The position numbers and the translations under genes were made by a program. Below, piece by piece: positions 1 to 12,119 of a stretch of 64,000 bases of DNA (its first letter is position 1; each line of letters begins with the position of its first letter). The notes under the pieces were generated by a model. It was not told the DNA's origin and searched no databases. It saw nothing but the letters and a program-made list of their open reading frames with translations. Source of the stretch: Callorhinchus milii (lineage: Eukaryota); the NCBI RefSeq assembly GCF_018977255.1, contig NW_024704742.1, forward strand, positions 120,778,001 through 120,842,000, read 5' to 3'.

Positions 1-39
1 ATAGTTGTCGTTAAATGGGAAATCTCATCCACTTTTATT

Positions 40-335
40 GAGTCCTGCAGTGTATCGGTTAGAGCACTCACCTCGCAATCAAGAGGATTCGATTCCGGGC
101 AGGATGAAATCTTAGACAAGTTTCCTTTCTCTACATGTCTCTGTTTACCTAGCAGTAAGTAGGAACCTGGTTGTTAGTCAATTGGCAGATCGTTTGCCGT
201 GGGTAATAATAAGTCCTTCAAAAAACTATTTGGTCACTCAATCCACACTGTTTGTGGGACACGCCGTGCGCAATTGGTGACGCTTTTCTCCCACAAAATA
301 TACAGGCACCATATCAAATGCAAGGATTATTATTA
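40..335 (+). mobile_element. tRNA-derived SINE, long subfamily
   Basis: Head plus ctgtttacctagcagtaagtaggaacc segment; tail hairpin deleted. Confidence 0.85.
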
Positions 336-1463
336 CTTTTAAGCAGCTGATTGGAATCAGACCTCAGAAATCAATGCCTAAAGAGCCACTGAAATCTATT
401 TCCCAAAGATTTATTCATCCACCTATGAGTTGGAGCTTATTTACAAATAAGCTTATTTACTAAGGGGATTTGTTTATGATAAACTATGAAGAATCAGGCC
501 TCTAAGTTAAAACAAATATCTCATTAAAGTTTCAAGAGATTTCATTACCAGATAAAAAGATAACTATCACTCTCGTCTAGTCTAAAACTTTGCTTGAGGT
601 TCACATCTTAGATGTGAGCTCTCCCCTAATGTAAAGGACAGGGATAAAGTGAATCTGAACAATGGTTTTCACCAGTTAGTGGTTTCCTAGCAGCTCTTAG
701 GTTAACCCAAGCCCAACACCCATTAAAATGTTATTCTGGAACTCATATCACAACACAACTAGTGTCAAATGGAGTAACCAAAGACTTACAGAGATCCAAA
801 ACAATGGTTTCTGCAAGCCAAAAATTGGTGATATTTCATTAAGGAGAAGCTCCAAGACATTATCCTGCCTGAAAGGTACTAAATAAACACAAATTATTGT
901 TGATAGTAATTTCTACATTTATACTACTTTCAGAAAGAGATTGGCATTGAATACATTGAATAGAACACTAAACATATGGTTTCTTTCCACTTTAATGTGT
1001 GCTGTGAGCAAAGCATGCAGAGATATAAGGAAGGTTTCAGACTAGAAGAAATAGCAACTCTTTCACTCCCCACTGAGTTGTGGTTGTGTGCAACTGACTG
1101 AGCTTGAAAAAAGTCAATGTTGTTCTGTATTAATGAATATTTTTAAATAGAATTTGGCAAATGTCTGGCTCCAAACCCAGTTAAGTATTATAATGATAGA
1201 AAGATAGATTGAATGGTGGATGGGACATGATTTCTGAACTGCAGAGACTATGGAAATGTCATGCAAGGAAGACAATTAATCTTGAATAAATATTTTAGGA
1301 TATAAATTCATATATATATTTTAGTGTTAAATAAATAATAATCTTTGCATTTGATACAGTACCTTTTCATGTTATTGAAATGCGCCAAAGCGATTCAAAG
1401 AATCTATTATAACATGTACTGACTATTTATTTGCAGGTGAATGCGGCAGCCAATTTGAACATG

Positions 1464-1792
1464 TAATAATAATAATCCTTGCATTTGATAATGTCTTTGA
1501 GACATCTCAAAGTGCTTCACAGAATATACTGTAAAGTGAATTGACTATATATTTTGTTGCTGAAACACGACAGCCAATTCTGCACAGTCGTGGAATGAAG
1601 TGAACAATTTTTGTTTTTGAAGGAATTATTACCCACGGAAATTCAACCAGTTGACTAACAACTAAGGTTCCTACTTACTGCTAGGTAAACAGAGGAGTAA
1701 GGAAACTTGCCCAAGATTTCGTTCTGCCGGGAATCGAACCCAGGTCTCTCACTTGTGAAGCGAATGCTCTAACCACTAAGCTATATGACTCC
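1464..1792 (-). mobile_element. tRNA-derived SINE, long subfamily
   Basis: ttcctacttactgctaggtaaacagagg and head; a second tail fragment lies at about 1335-1460. Confidence 0.85.
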
Positions 1793-2646
1793 ACATATAG
1801 CAATGTGCCACAAACAGGGCCATTGGCCAGGTCACTGGGAGAAACGTTCCTCTCTTTTTGAATAGTCTAATGGGATCTTTAATGTCCACTTCTGGAACGA
1901 TGAACCTCTGTTTAATGTCATCTAAAAGATTTATTTTTGCCTGATTTACGTTTAAGGAGTCGGAGAGAAACTGTTCAGACTGGAGTAGAAATGTACACAT
2001 CAGCATAAACATTGATACCAAATATAAAATCAGGGACACTCTCTAAAAATGAATTAGAATGAGACATTCATTTTAAGGAATTTATCTAGACAATGAAAAA
2101 AAGTTAACATCTAACATTGTGAACATGTTGGAGAGAAACTTGTATCATAAGGGCCTGAATGGTTAGAGATAATGTGAACATTCCTGAAATGGCAATTGCC
2201 TGTTATTGACAGAGAGGGGAGTTCATTTTGGGACATGCCATCTCTCTAATCTGTCAATAAAATTCTACATCCCGATTGCTCTGCAAAATAAACCTGATGC
2301 TGACTGTTTAAAGTTCTATATAATTGGCACAACAAGAAAGATTTATCTAAAATCGATTAACAAAATGTATGCATTTCACTTTTGTAATGCAGTTATTATT
2401 CAGACACAATTTTTAGAGCAAATAATGAAGAGCAGAAAGCATGTCTCTGGAGTTAGATTATTTCCTTACCCATCTCCCCTTTAACCATTGTAATACCTTC
2501 TTTTGTTAGCCCTCTCTTCCTCCATTACCTATCGCACGAAAGAGTGCTGTAAGTACTATTGAGGTATTAGTATTAGTATGATTGAGGCAAAGTACCCTTG
2601 TCAAAACAGGCAAAATCTGTCTTATAACAAAAATAAATCTGTATTT

Positions 2647-2888
2647 GGAATCCTGTAGCTCAATGTTTAGAGCACTCGCCTCACAAGCGAGAGACTTAGG
2701 TTCAATTCCTGGTAAGGCAAAATGTTGGGCAAGTTTCCTTACTCCACACGCCTCTGTTTACTTAGCAGTAAGTAGGAACTCGGTTATTAGTCAATTGGCG
2801 GATTGCTTTTCTGGGGGTAATAATTCCTTTAAAAAAAATTGGTCACTTCAATCCATGATTGTTTGTGGGACACTGCTGTGCACAATTG
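2647..2888 (+). mobile_element. tRNA-derived SINE, long subfamily, 3' truncated
   Basis: Head and CORE-like segment present; ends at gtgcacaattg. Confidence 0.85.
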
Positions 2889-5800
2889 TGCAGTAGTACG
2901 TTTTGGAGAAAAGATAACACAATATGGAAGTACAGAATACACAAAAATGGCAATATTGTGAACATTAAGGGAAACAGAGAGATCAAGCGTTCCACCTGGC
3001 TTTTATGCAGGCATCGTTTTCACATTGAGGACGCTTGTCATTTGACAGCTGTAACTATCAATGAAGGGTTTAGCATTTCTTTGCTTGACGCCCAACCCCA
3101 GCACTGTGCAGTGCTCCAAGACACTATCCTGCATGAAAAAGTTATAGAAATGCAAGTCATTGTTGTTCTTGTGCTTACTTATGAGTGCCCAGAAGTGGAC
3201 TGTTTTCAGGACGTTTGGGGTATGGGAATCAGTCGCTGGCTGCCCTGGTCTCTGAGGGAACAAGTATGTCCCTGGGGGTTAAGACCAGTGAACAACAAGC
3301 TCCGAAATAGAGAGGAATGCATTAAATTATTTTAAATGATCAGTAAACCCATTGCTCATTCAATTAATTTAGTAATTTGCTCAATCATTAAATCGCATCA
3401 GTAATGTAAAATGTTAATGTTCTTGCCCTAGTGTCTTGAAGTCATTGATTTATACTCGAGTACAGGTCCTCAGGTGACAGTTGCCTCTGTTGCCACCCAT
3501 TCTTCACTTCTGAGCCTTGCGAGTAAGTATCAGGAGCTACTGGACTGCAGCTAGTATCACAGCCAAGCCCAATTCTGCCTTCATCTGATCAGCTAACAAC
3601 TCTCACATCTTCCAGAGTTATTGAGTGGGTGAAGCTCACTGGACACTGCTCCATTTGGTGACGATTTTTTCAAAGAAAGTGGCAACCTTATCCTTGTCAC
3701 ATATTTATAATTTTAAATGAGGGAAGCCAGGTGAGAAGAACTTTGAAAAGGGAAAATGAGACACCATGAGGATGAAATTCAACCTGCCTGTTAAGTTTAA
3801 TGGCATTGTCACAATACATTAAATGAGCAGCGATTGTGATGTGAAAATTATTTATTAGCAAATGATATTCCATTCTATTATGTGACATTGGCTTTAAATT
3901 TAATGGTGTGAACATGGAAACAATAAGTTCCCATTGAGGGAAATATCCGAGTTGCAGCCTCAGCAACTTTCATGCTGTTGGAGGAAGAGGAACAGTAGGA
4001 TCAACAGAACTGACGTCAAGAACCAGAGTTTGAGCCAGACAAGGAAAGAAGACATTAAGTAGAAGGGTATCCAAGGGAACAGAAGATATCCTCAGAGACC
4101 ATTAGAGAGCTTGGTGTTTTGATTTCACTGATAACAATAATTAATAATAAAAAATATGATAATAATCCTTGCATTTGCTATAGTGGTTTATCTCGCCATT
4201 GAGACATCTCAAAGAACTTCACAGAATATACTGTAAAGTGAATTGACTGTATATTTTGCACACATGTAACGATAAACAATGCATTAGACTTGCTTAACAA
4301 ATCAAGCCATTGCAGAACTTGGTGACCTTCATTTGCCATGAATTGGAATCAAGGAGTGTAGTTAGCAATAACCTTACTTGCAGAGGATCGACTCCCAGGC
4401 ACTGAACTCATTGAACTGCTAAACATCCAAGTTACTTTGGAGACCTGCTGGGGACACTGGAGGGGTTAATCAATACATTGTCCACACAGCTATTTATCGA
4501 ATGAACAACTCAAGGGCATCACAGTACGTTTAGTGAAATAATTTACCATATGGTGGATTGTTTGCAGAATGTTTTTAAAGATTGCTCAATCTCCATGAAA
4601 ATGAAAAGTGATTGATTGCACACAGGTATGTATCCCAATAGTAATCCAAAGACATTTTTAAACAGGTCAGATTTTTGTCTATGAATGTGCAAATATGACA
4701 GTAATGGTGGGGGGGATATATTATTTGATATAATCCTGGTTCCACACATGGTTCACACATTTCACATGAATAAATCAATTGTAAATAGAGAAAAAGGATT
4801 TTTTCCCGGTGTTCTGGCTAATAATCCCTCAACTGAAGTTGGTCCTTTACTTCACAACTGTTTGTGGGACATTGCTGTATGCAAATTAGCTGCCATGTTC
4901 ACCTGCAAATTACACGGTCACTGAACTTCACAATATATCCTGTGAAGGAGATGCCATCAGAGAGCGTGTTGTTTTGATTTCACTGATAAAAAATGCATTA
5001 GCAAATGAAGCCATTACAGAACTTGGTGACCTTAATTTGGTGATTATTGGTGACATGGTATTTGCACCAGTACCATGGTTAATACTGCTATTATCGAATG
5101 ACCAATATTTGTGGACCCGAGATATTATCATAAGATTTGTTTCGATGAATAAGGCCCTTTGGCCCATGTATCAAGGATATATTTAATATCCTAAACTCAT
5201 TACCACAAAGGGAATTGGACAAAACACTCAAAGAGAAAATATGTAAATTGGTATGAGAAAGAGTGGAGATCTGAAATTAGAGTAGATAGTTCCTGTAAGA
5301 TTTAGCATTGCAGAGGCACAACTGACCTCCTTTATTGCTGATTTTTTGATGATCACAAGTTAGTCATCTGTGCTTTTTTTAAAAAAAATTGTAATTCATA
5401 AAATGATCACAACAACAAATTTGTATAGCGCCTTTCATTTCAGAAGGACGTCCCAAAGTTAAAATCAATCAGATTGTTAAAATGCTAAACATTAAAATGG
5501 TTATTTTTGGGGAAAGAATAAAAGGGTTTACATCACTTTATTTTCCCTGAAAAAAGCATACATTTCCAATGCCTTTGTTTTCTGGAGGTAGAAAACTCCT
5601 TCAATTTAGGATCTTAACAGCAACTAGACAGACGGAAACTTCAAGATAAGGTCCCAGAGGTGGTAGATCAATGGACTATATTCAGCGTGCCAAAGAGAAA
5701 ATTATATTAATTGAGAAAGTTCTTCTGAAGCTAAAGTGAATGCTGATATTTTGTGACTGTGCATGTGAGGAAGAAATTTAAATATTGTTACTAAATGCAC

Positions 5801-6240
5801 ATCTAATTTGAGACACACATGATTTCATTCAGACCTCAGAAATAACAGAATAGATATGAAGTACTTCCGACACACATATAACACATATATCAAAAGCAAT
5901 GATGAAATTATGAATATCTAGAATTATATATAAAATCAATCGTAATTCGTGAAGGACATGTTATCAGCTGAAAAGCAGATTTATTTCGGCAGAGTCTGCC
6001 AGTCTGCCAGCTGAGTCCAGGAATAATTATGAACATCAAGCTACAGGGTGCTCAGACCTTGCAGGGGAGGGGCAGAAATTCAAGCCCAAAGAGACAGATT
6101 CATAAATAATTCATGAAGTTTGTTATTTTCCGTGAATTTTTAAAAGTTATTCCTTTACTCATCTTCCCTGGAGTAACTGAATCTGGAGTATACCTTGACG
6201 GCCCCTGGAAACCCTTGACTCATATGTGACCATTATGTAA

Positions 6241-6655
6241 CAGCCTGGCTCAGTTGGTAGCATCTCGCCTCTGAGTCAGAAGGTTCTGGGTTCAAGCCTC
6301 ACATTGGCACTTAGAACACATACAGTCTAGACTGACACTCAAGGTAGTACGGGGTGGAGGGTTGCAGTGTCAGAGGTGCCATCCTTCAGATGAGATGTTA
6401 AACCAAAACCCCATCTACCTGTTCAGATGGACATTAAAGATTCCATTGCTCTATCTGGAAAGAGAAAGGAGTCCTGGCCAACAACCCTTCAGATAAAATT
6501 GGTTATTCATTTCATAGCCGTTTGTGGGACATTGCTATGCGCAAATTGGCTGCTGCATTCGCCCACAGATATACAGACACTCCACTTCATAGCAAAATTC
6601 TGTGAATCACTTTTTGGCACATTTTCCAGATATGAAAGGCGTGATTTGAAGTATC
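6241..6655 (+). mobile_element. DeuSINE (SacSINE1/AmnSINE1-like), near full length
   Basis: tRNA-like head (ggctcagttggtagca...tctgagtcagaaggttctgggttcaag) and Deu-domain motifs gaggtgccatccttcagatgagatgttaaacc, ggacattaaagattccat and tgtgggacattgctatgcgcaaattggctgc. Family name is recalled from memory. Confidence 0.8.
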
Positions 6656-6659
6656 AACC

Positions 6660-6871
6660 ATGAAACCTCTGGAATTCCATCCCCCAATCATTCCGCTTTG
6701 CCCCCTCCATAGCCTCCTTCAAGTCCCGCCTCAAAACCCTCCTCTTTGACCATGCCATCGGTCACCCCCCTTCCCCCCAGCTCGTGTCTGAAATGCTAAC
6801 ACTGTCCAGCACCTTGGGACGTTCTCCTGACGTGAAAGGCGCTATATAAATGTAATCTTGTTGTTGTTGTT
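6660..6871 (+). mobile_element. L2 3' fragment abutting a DeuSINE
   Basis: ctctggaattccatcccc...CCTTGGGACGTTCTCCTGACGTGAAAGGCGCTATATAAATG followed by (TTG)n. Confidence 0.87.
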
Positions 6872-7892
6872 AAAACATCTATTGTGAAACTGAGAAGTCT
6901 TTCAGTAATTAAAAATATTCTTATTCATGTGCGGATGTTGAACTGAAATGAAGAGCTAATCTCTGTAGGGTGATAAAATCCCTGAGTACCCTTGAGTGCA
7001 ATGTTATTATGAATTGTCTCACTATTAACTTGTTTTCTGAATTAGAATGTCAATAATTATTTGGAGTTTTAATATCCTATTAAAGAATGCTGGCTTTGTG
7101 AAAATATTTTTTTTCAAAATCTGCGGTGTGTGAATGGTTTAGCAATTTTCTTGTCAAGGATTAGATGTATTTTGCTAAAATCCTTCACTTTGTTCTATAA
7201 TTCCTCCCTCAAAGAAAACTACACCAGCAAGGATTTCCATTTATATAGTGCATTTCATGCTGGGTGGACTCTCAAAGCGCTTCATTTTTTTATAGAAGTA
7301 TACAGAAATACAGTATTGTCTCCAGTAAATGCTTCGGTGATATTGTTGTTACTTAATGCAGAGACTTGACAATCTCCATTCACTTCATAAGAATCTGTGA
7401 TTCATGATAAACGCAGAGTACAAGGATAGTTTAACACGGATATAATTTTGCTATGTTCCCCATAACCCACAAGATATTCTAGCTGTATTGATTTTGGAAA
7501 AGCATGTGCATTGTGAATATCCTTTACACTCAAAGAAGGAGTAATTTTCCAAGAATGACATTTTTCTGTATTGGACTAAAACGTACAATCTTTGCCCCAA
7601 ACTGCATAAATCTCCGGGTCAATTAATCTTCTGTTGTCAACATGTTCAACGTACATTTTGAATAATTTGTAGGATGGAATTTAAAGATGCAGCACACAGT
7701 TTCTTACAAAATAAACCAAATTTATACAGTATGAAATCATTCTTATAAAAAATACCAGAGAATCAGAAATCAGTATATGAACAGTAAATCAAGTTATATT
7801 AAACATGCAGGAAGCATGCTGAAACGATATACTGAATGTCAAAGTCAAAAAATTGCTTCTTTGCACTTGTGTGTATATTATTTATTAGAGTA

Positions 7893-8061
7893 CAGTAAAT
7901 CTCACATAAGTCTTATCTGTTTAAATTGTATAATCGCCTAAGTCTTACATCTACCCAAGTCCCGTTCAAGAGTTTATGTTCTATGCAAGTTTGATATAAC
8001 TCGTACTTTGCGTAAGTCATATTAAATAAACCAACTGATACGACTTATGTGAGGTTTACTG
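7893..8061. mobile_element. 169-bp Tc1/mariner (pogo/Tigger-type) MITE
   Basis: 25-bp TIRs CAGTAAA[T/C]CTCACATAAGTC[T/G]TATC with 2 mismatches, flanked by TA on both sides (7891-7892, 8062-8063). Confidence 0.85.
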
Positions 8062-9138
8062 TATTCACTTTCTGCCACTCCAGTACTATCTTAAAGTGTT
8101 CATACATTGGACTAAAAAGTACAACATTTCAATATGACAGTTATCATATCAAATCTGCTATGAAGCCTCACATTTTTCACTCCACTATTCTGAATCCTAT
8201 ATGGAGGTTCTGGACAAAGGCAATTCAAAGCCTTTCTTTCTTCCCACTCATTGGACTTTCATGATTCCTTTGACAATCCAAGAATAGGAGAGCATTGTAT
8301 ATATGCACAGGATAACCACACTTCCACTTATCTTCACCGGGGCTGAAATCTCAGAAGTGAAGTTCAAGATTCCAGACAAGAACAACCTGCATTTATGCAG
8401 TGCCCTTTATGCAGGAGAAACAGAGTGAAAGTCAGAGATGAAGAGTTACAGAAACAGAGACAGGGAGTCAAGGATAAAGAGAAGCACAATGGGGGAAGCC
8501 TGGCTCATCCTGTACATTGTATTTTATGTGATCACCTGACGTCTGTGCTAAATTCATATCTAGTAAATTAGTGCAGTTATCAGGCTCTCTGTTGGAGTAC
8601 AATGCAAGCATCAAAATCCAACAAAATAAAAAACAACAAAAAAGTACAAATACAGCAATGATTAAATGATTTGTCACTTTTAATCCAGACTCATCACAGT
8701 GAAGAAAGGAATTCTAGTTGAAGTGTTTTTCTCCACACAAAAATCTCTTGTTTCGGTAAAGGTTCCTTGACATGACAAACAACAACAACAAAATTAGATT
8801 TGTATAGCGCCTAGATATTTGACAAATAGATAAATGGGAGAAAAAAAGTTATTCCTCAGTAGCTCCTCAGCTTTCACTACAAAATAAATTATTTTTTCTT
8901 CAAAATCTTCTAATACTTATTAAGGAATAGAAGCAATAAACATATTTGAAAATAAAAGTAATTGAGAACAATTTCAATCATTGCAAAAAAAACTAATAAC
9001 CAGTCGGCAACAAAATATACAGTCAATTCACTTTACAATATATTCTGTGACGTGCTGAGGTGTCTTAATGGTGCAATAAGTCGATATATCAAATGCAAGG
9101 ATTATTATTATGTTGGAGGAAAGGTCCCATCAGTCTAT

Positions 9139-9464
9139 GGAGTCCTGTAGCTCAGTGGTTAGAGCACTCGCTTTGCAAGCGAGAGACCTGAGTTCAATTC
9201 CAGGTCAGGGCGAAACCTTGGGCAAGTTTCCTTACTCCACACGCCTAATAATAATCCCTCCAAAACCAAAAACAATAATAAAAATTGGCATTTTCAATCT
9301 ACGACTGTTTGTGGGACATTGCTGTGCGCAATTGGCTGCCGCGTTCGCCCACAAATTTACAGTCAATTCACTTTGCAGTGTGTTCTGTGAAGCGCCTTGG
9401 GACGTCCTTCCGACGTGAAAAGCGCTATATCAAATGCAAGGATTATTATTATTATTATTATTAT
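9139..9464 (+). mobile_element. tRNA-derived SINE, short subfamily, full length
   Basis: A box TAGCTCAGTGG, B box GTTCAATTCC, anticodon-like arm CTCGC-TTTGCAA-GCGAG, L2-type 3' hairpin, (ATT)n tail. Confidence 0.92.
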
Positions 9465-11449
9465 GTTTTCGGGAGTTAAAACCAGGTGATTTTGGTATTG
9501 GGACTGTTGTTGCATTCATTATGTCACAACAACTGTGTCCAAGCTTTAGTGTTGATTTCTGCCCAAACACGAATGGATCTACATGGTGCAAATTGAATCA
9601 GTTTGAATCTTTGAAGTCCTTCTGTAGACTCTAGGGATTGTTTTGGTCTCAGCTGACACACACTCCATCTGCCAATAAGAGTTCAGATTTCTGTTTTTTT
9701 TAGCAGCTAATAGTTACTGGATGAAGGTATTCACAACAGACTTCAGAGATTGGCAAAGTTGAGAGCCAGAATCTAGCTTCAAAGTCTAAATTCTAATGTT
9801 GTGGATATGCTTAAGCCTGGTTATGTCAGATAGGCACCTGAAGTAGACAGGAGGGAATTGTGTTTATGGATATTGGAAATCTTCCCGGTAATTTGACAAT
9901 ACTTGAAACAGCAATGTTGCACCTTACTATAAATCCTGTGAAATGCTTTGAGATGTCTTCCTGACATGAAAGGCACTATATCAATTATTACATGCTTATG
10001 CTCCTATGATAGGAAAATATAAACTGCATATAGAATGATATGCTGACACCTATGACTGCTTGCTTTATGCAAAAGATTATCTAACTTGTGACATCTTACC
10101 CACGAACAATACCTTTTCACTCTGATGAACAACCTCTGCAGCAACCCTACCAATGGCGACCATTGATTATTTTTCAAAGATGCAGAATGCTACTTTGTCA
10201 CACACTACCACAGGCCAGGCACACAATTACCGACACTGTAATGAACATCCCGAGAGATGCACAAACACCAGAAATTCCGCAACCCAAAAAAGAAGCATAA
10301 ACAGAGGGAATGCCAGGAATGCATATCCAAGTTGATGCATCAGTAACGTATGCATAATGACATGACCACCCTTCAAACTGTGTTGGATATGAAGCAGGAA
10401 AAGACGGAAATTTCAAGATCCCAACCTTAGAGATCAATAATTGTTGGATCAACAAATGTCTGAAATGAACTCAGAAATGAGGCAATTTAGAGGCATTGTC
10501 TAAAATACAGTTACTACAATCAGATGGACACTATTCAAGCATCCCCACAATTAGCCCAAACCGGCTTGAAGAGGTTATAGTTAATTTTGCCCACCTCTAT
10601 CGCTCAGAGATGCGAGTACAACCAACTGAGCCAGATGATACCTAACGTACAGTAATGGAAAAGACCAGTAAAGCCTATCAGGCTGATGTTGAGTCCAAAG
10701 TCGCCCCTACTAGTCATTAGTTTTTTTTGTTGTTTAAACTGCCTTGTGCAACTATTGTGACAGAAAGAAGAGGAGTAGAGACAGGGACCACACCTTTGGT
10801 CAGTCTTTAGTTATTGACTGTCTTAAACACATTTGTTAACCGTGTGATAATTATTATAGTTGAGAATTATCAGATCACACAACACACTTTTCACCCCAAT
10901 ATCCAAGCTATAAAAGTCAATCAACTTAGCTGTAACTAAGAATTTTGAAGCCTCCCTTTGCCTACCTGCTCAGTAAGCCAATTTATTCTCTTCTGTTTAT
11001 CAAATTGATTTCCAATTCTGAGAGAATTAATCACCGCTGATGAGGATAATGGAAATCTTGTTAGTGCTGCTTGATTTGGAACACCAATTTACAGTCCAGC
11101 AGCTCAATCGAAGGTAAACTGAGGCAGAGACAAAAAACTGCCAATTGACCAATAAATAACCGATTGCTACCTTTATTGATCACCGGTTCTGAACATTAAT
11201 CAATATTGTATTCAGAACAATCATTAGGATTTAGTTTTATGACATAACTGATTTTCATTTTCTGCTAAAAGACTACAGGTTTGGAAGTCCATGACAATTA
11301 AAATTGTATCCATGTACTAGCCGATTATGTAGCACATCATTCCTGTTTTTTGTACTTTCTATTTCTTCTGTCATTTTTTTCCATTCCTAACCCTTCTCCT
11401 GAAAGTGTTTGACTACTTTTTCTTTCCACTTTTACAGAACTTTTTCCAA

Positions 11450-11768
11450 GAGCTTCCTGCTCTATGTCCTCTGCCCGACCCCGCCTCACCATTGGCGGTC
11501 GGGACTTTAGCCTCTCTGCCCCCACCCTTTGGAACTCCATCCCACATTCCCTTCGCCTCATTCTCTCCATTGCTTCCTTTAAGGCCTATCTCAAGACCCT
11601 CCTCTTTGACTGCATCTTCGGTCACCTTCCTACCCGTAACCTGCCTGCCTTCCACTCATCCTGATCCCAACCCCAGCTCAGATCCAAATCCCTGACTGTC
11701 CGGTGCCTTGGGATGTCTTCCCAACATGAGAGGTGCTATACAATGTAATTTATTACTGTTGTTGTTGT
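11450..11768 (+). mobile_element. L2 3' fragment
   Basis: Encodes TIGGRDFSLSAPTLWNSIP and ends in the L2 hairpin and (TTG)n. Confidence 0.87.
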
Positions 11769-11775
11769 TAATTGT

Positions 11776-11885
11776 AAGCCTTGACAGTCAGTGCGAGTTG
11801 ACAGGTTACTCAATTGCAATGGGCATTGTAGTTGAGACTGATCCTGTCCTCACCTGACATTACACAAGCACATTTCCAGCAGGTG
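11776..11885 (-). mobile_element. Ancient SINE fragment (AmnSINE2-like)
   Basis: gccttgacagtcagtg...tgatcctgtcctcacctgac...catttccagcagg; a related fragment lies at about 3500-3615. Family name is recalled from memory. Confidence 0.5.
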
Positions 11886-12119
11886 AGCAGGTGAAGGGGG
11901 TAGGGCAGAGTTCTAGTTAACAATCTGAAGCATCTTCCCTGGCTTTAAGGGATATTCACTCCCAATACTTTAAAGAACATGTTTTAACTGCGTTTTCTGA
12001 GTCAAGTCATTTTCAAATGACATTTTCTGGCATCAAAACTATAACAGGGACAAGGCTCAATTTTTTGTAACTTAATATGCACAAAATGGAAGCCATCCTG
12101 TATGATTCGAGTTAACATC

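Noticed and set aside
2859..3335. 158-aa ORF as a novel gene
   Set aside because: It starts inside a SINE at a non-ATG codon, crosses an L2-like tail at about 3110-3170 and has no recognisable domain.
9139..9215. tRNA-Ala(TGC)-like gene
   Set aside because: A and B boxes and an anticodon arm are present, but there is no paired acceptor stem and it runs directly into the SINE body in every copy.
10088..10455. A-rich coding-looking segment (HKHQKFRNPKKKHKQRECQEC in one frame)
   Set aside because: Stops occur in all frames and there is no motif I can assign; it may be a decayed element ORF and needs BLASTX.
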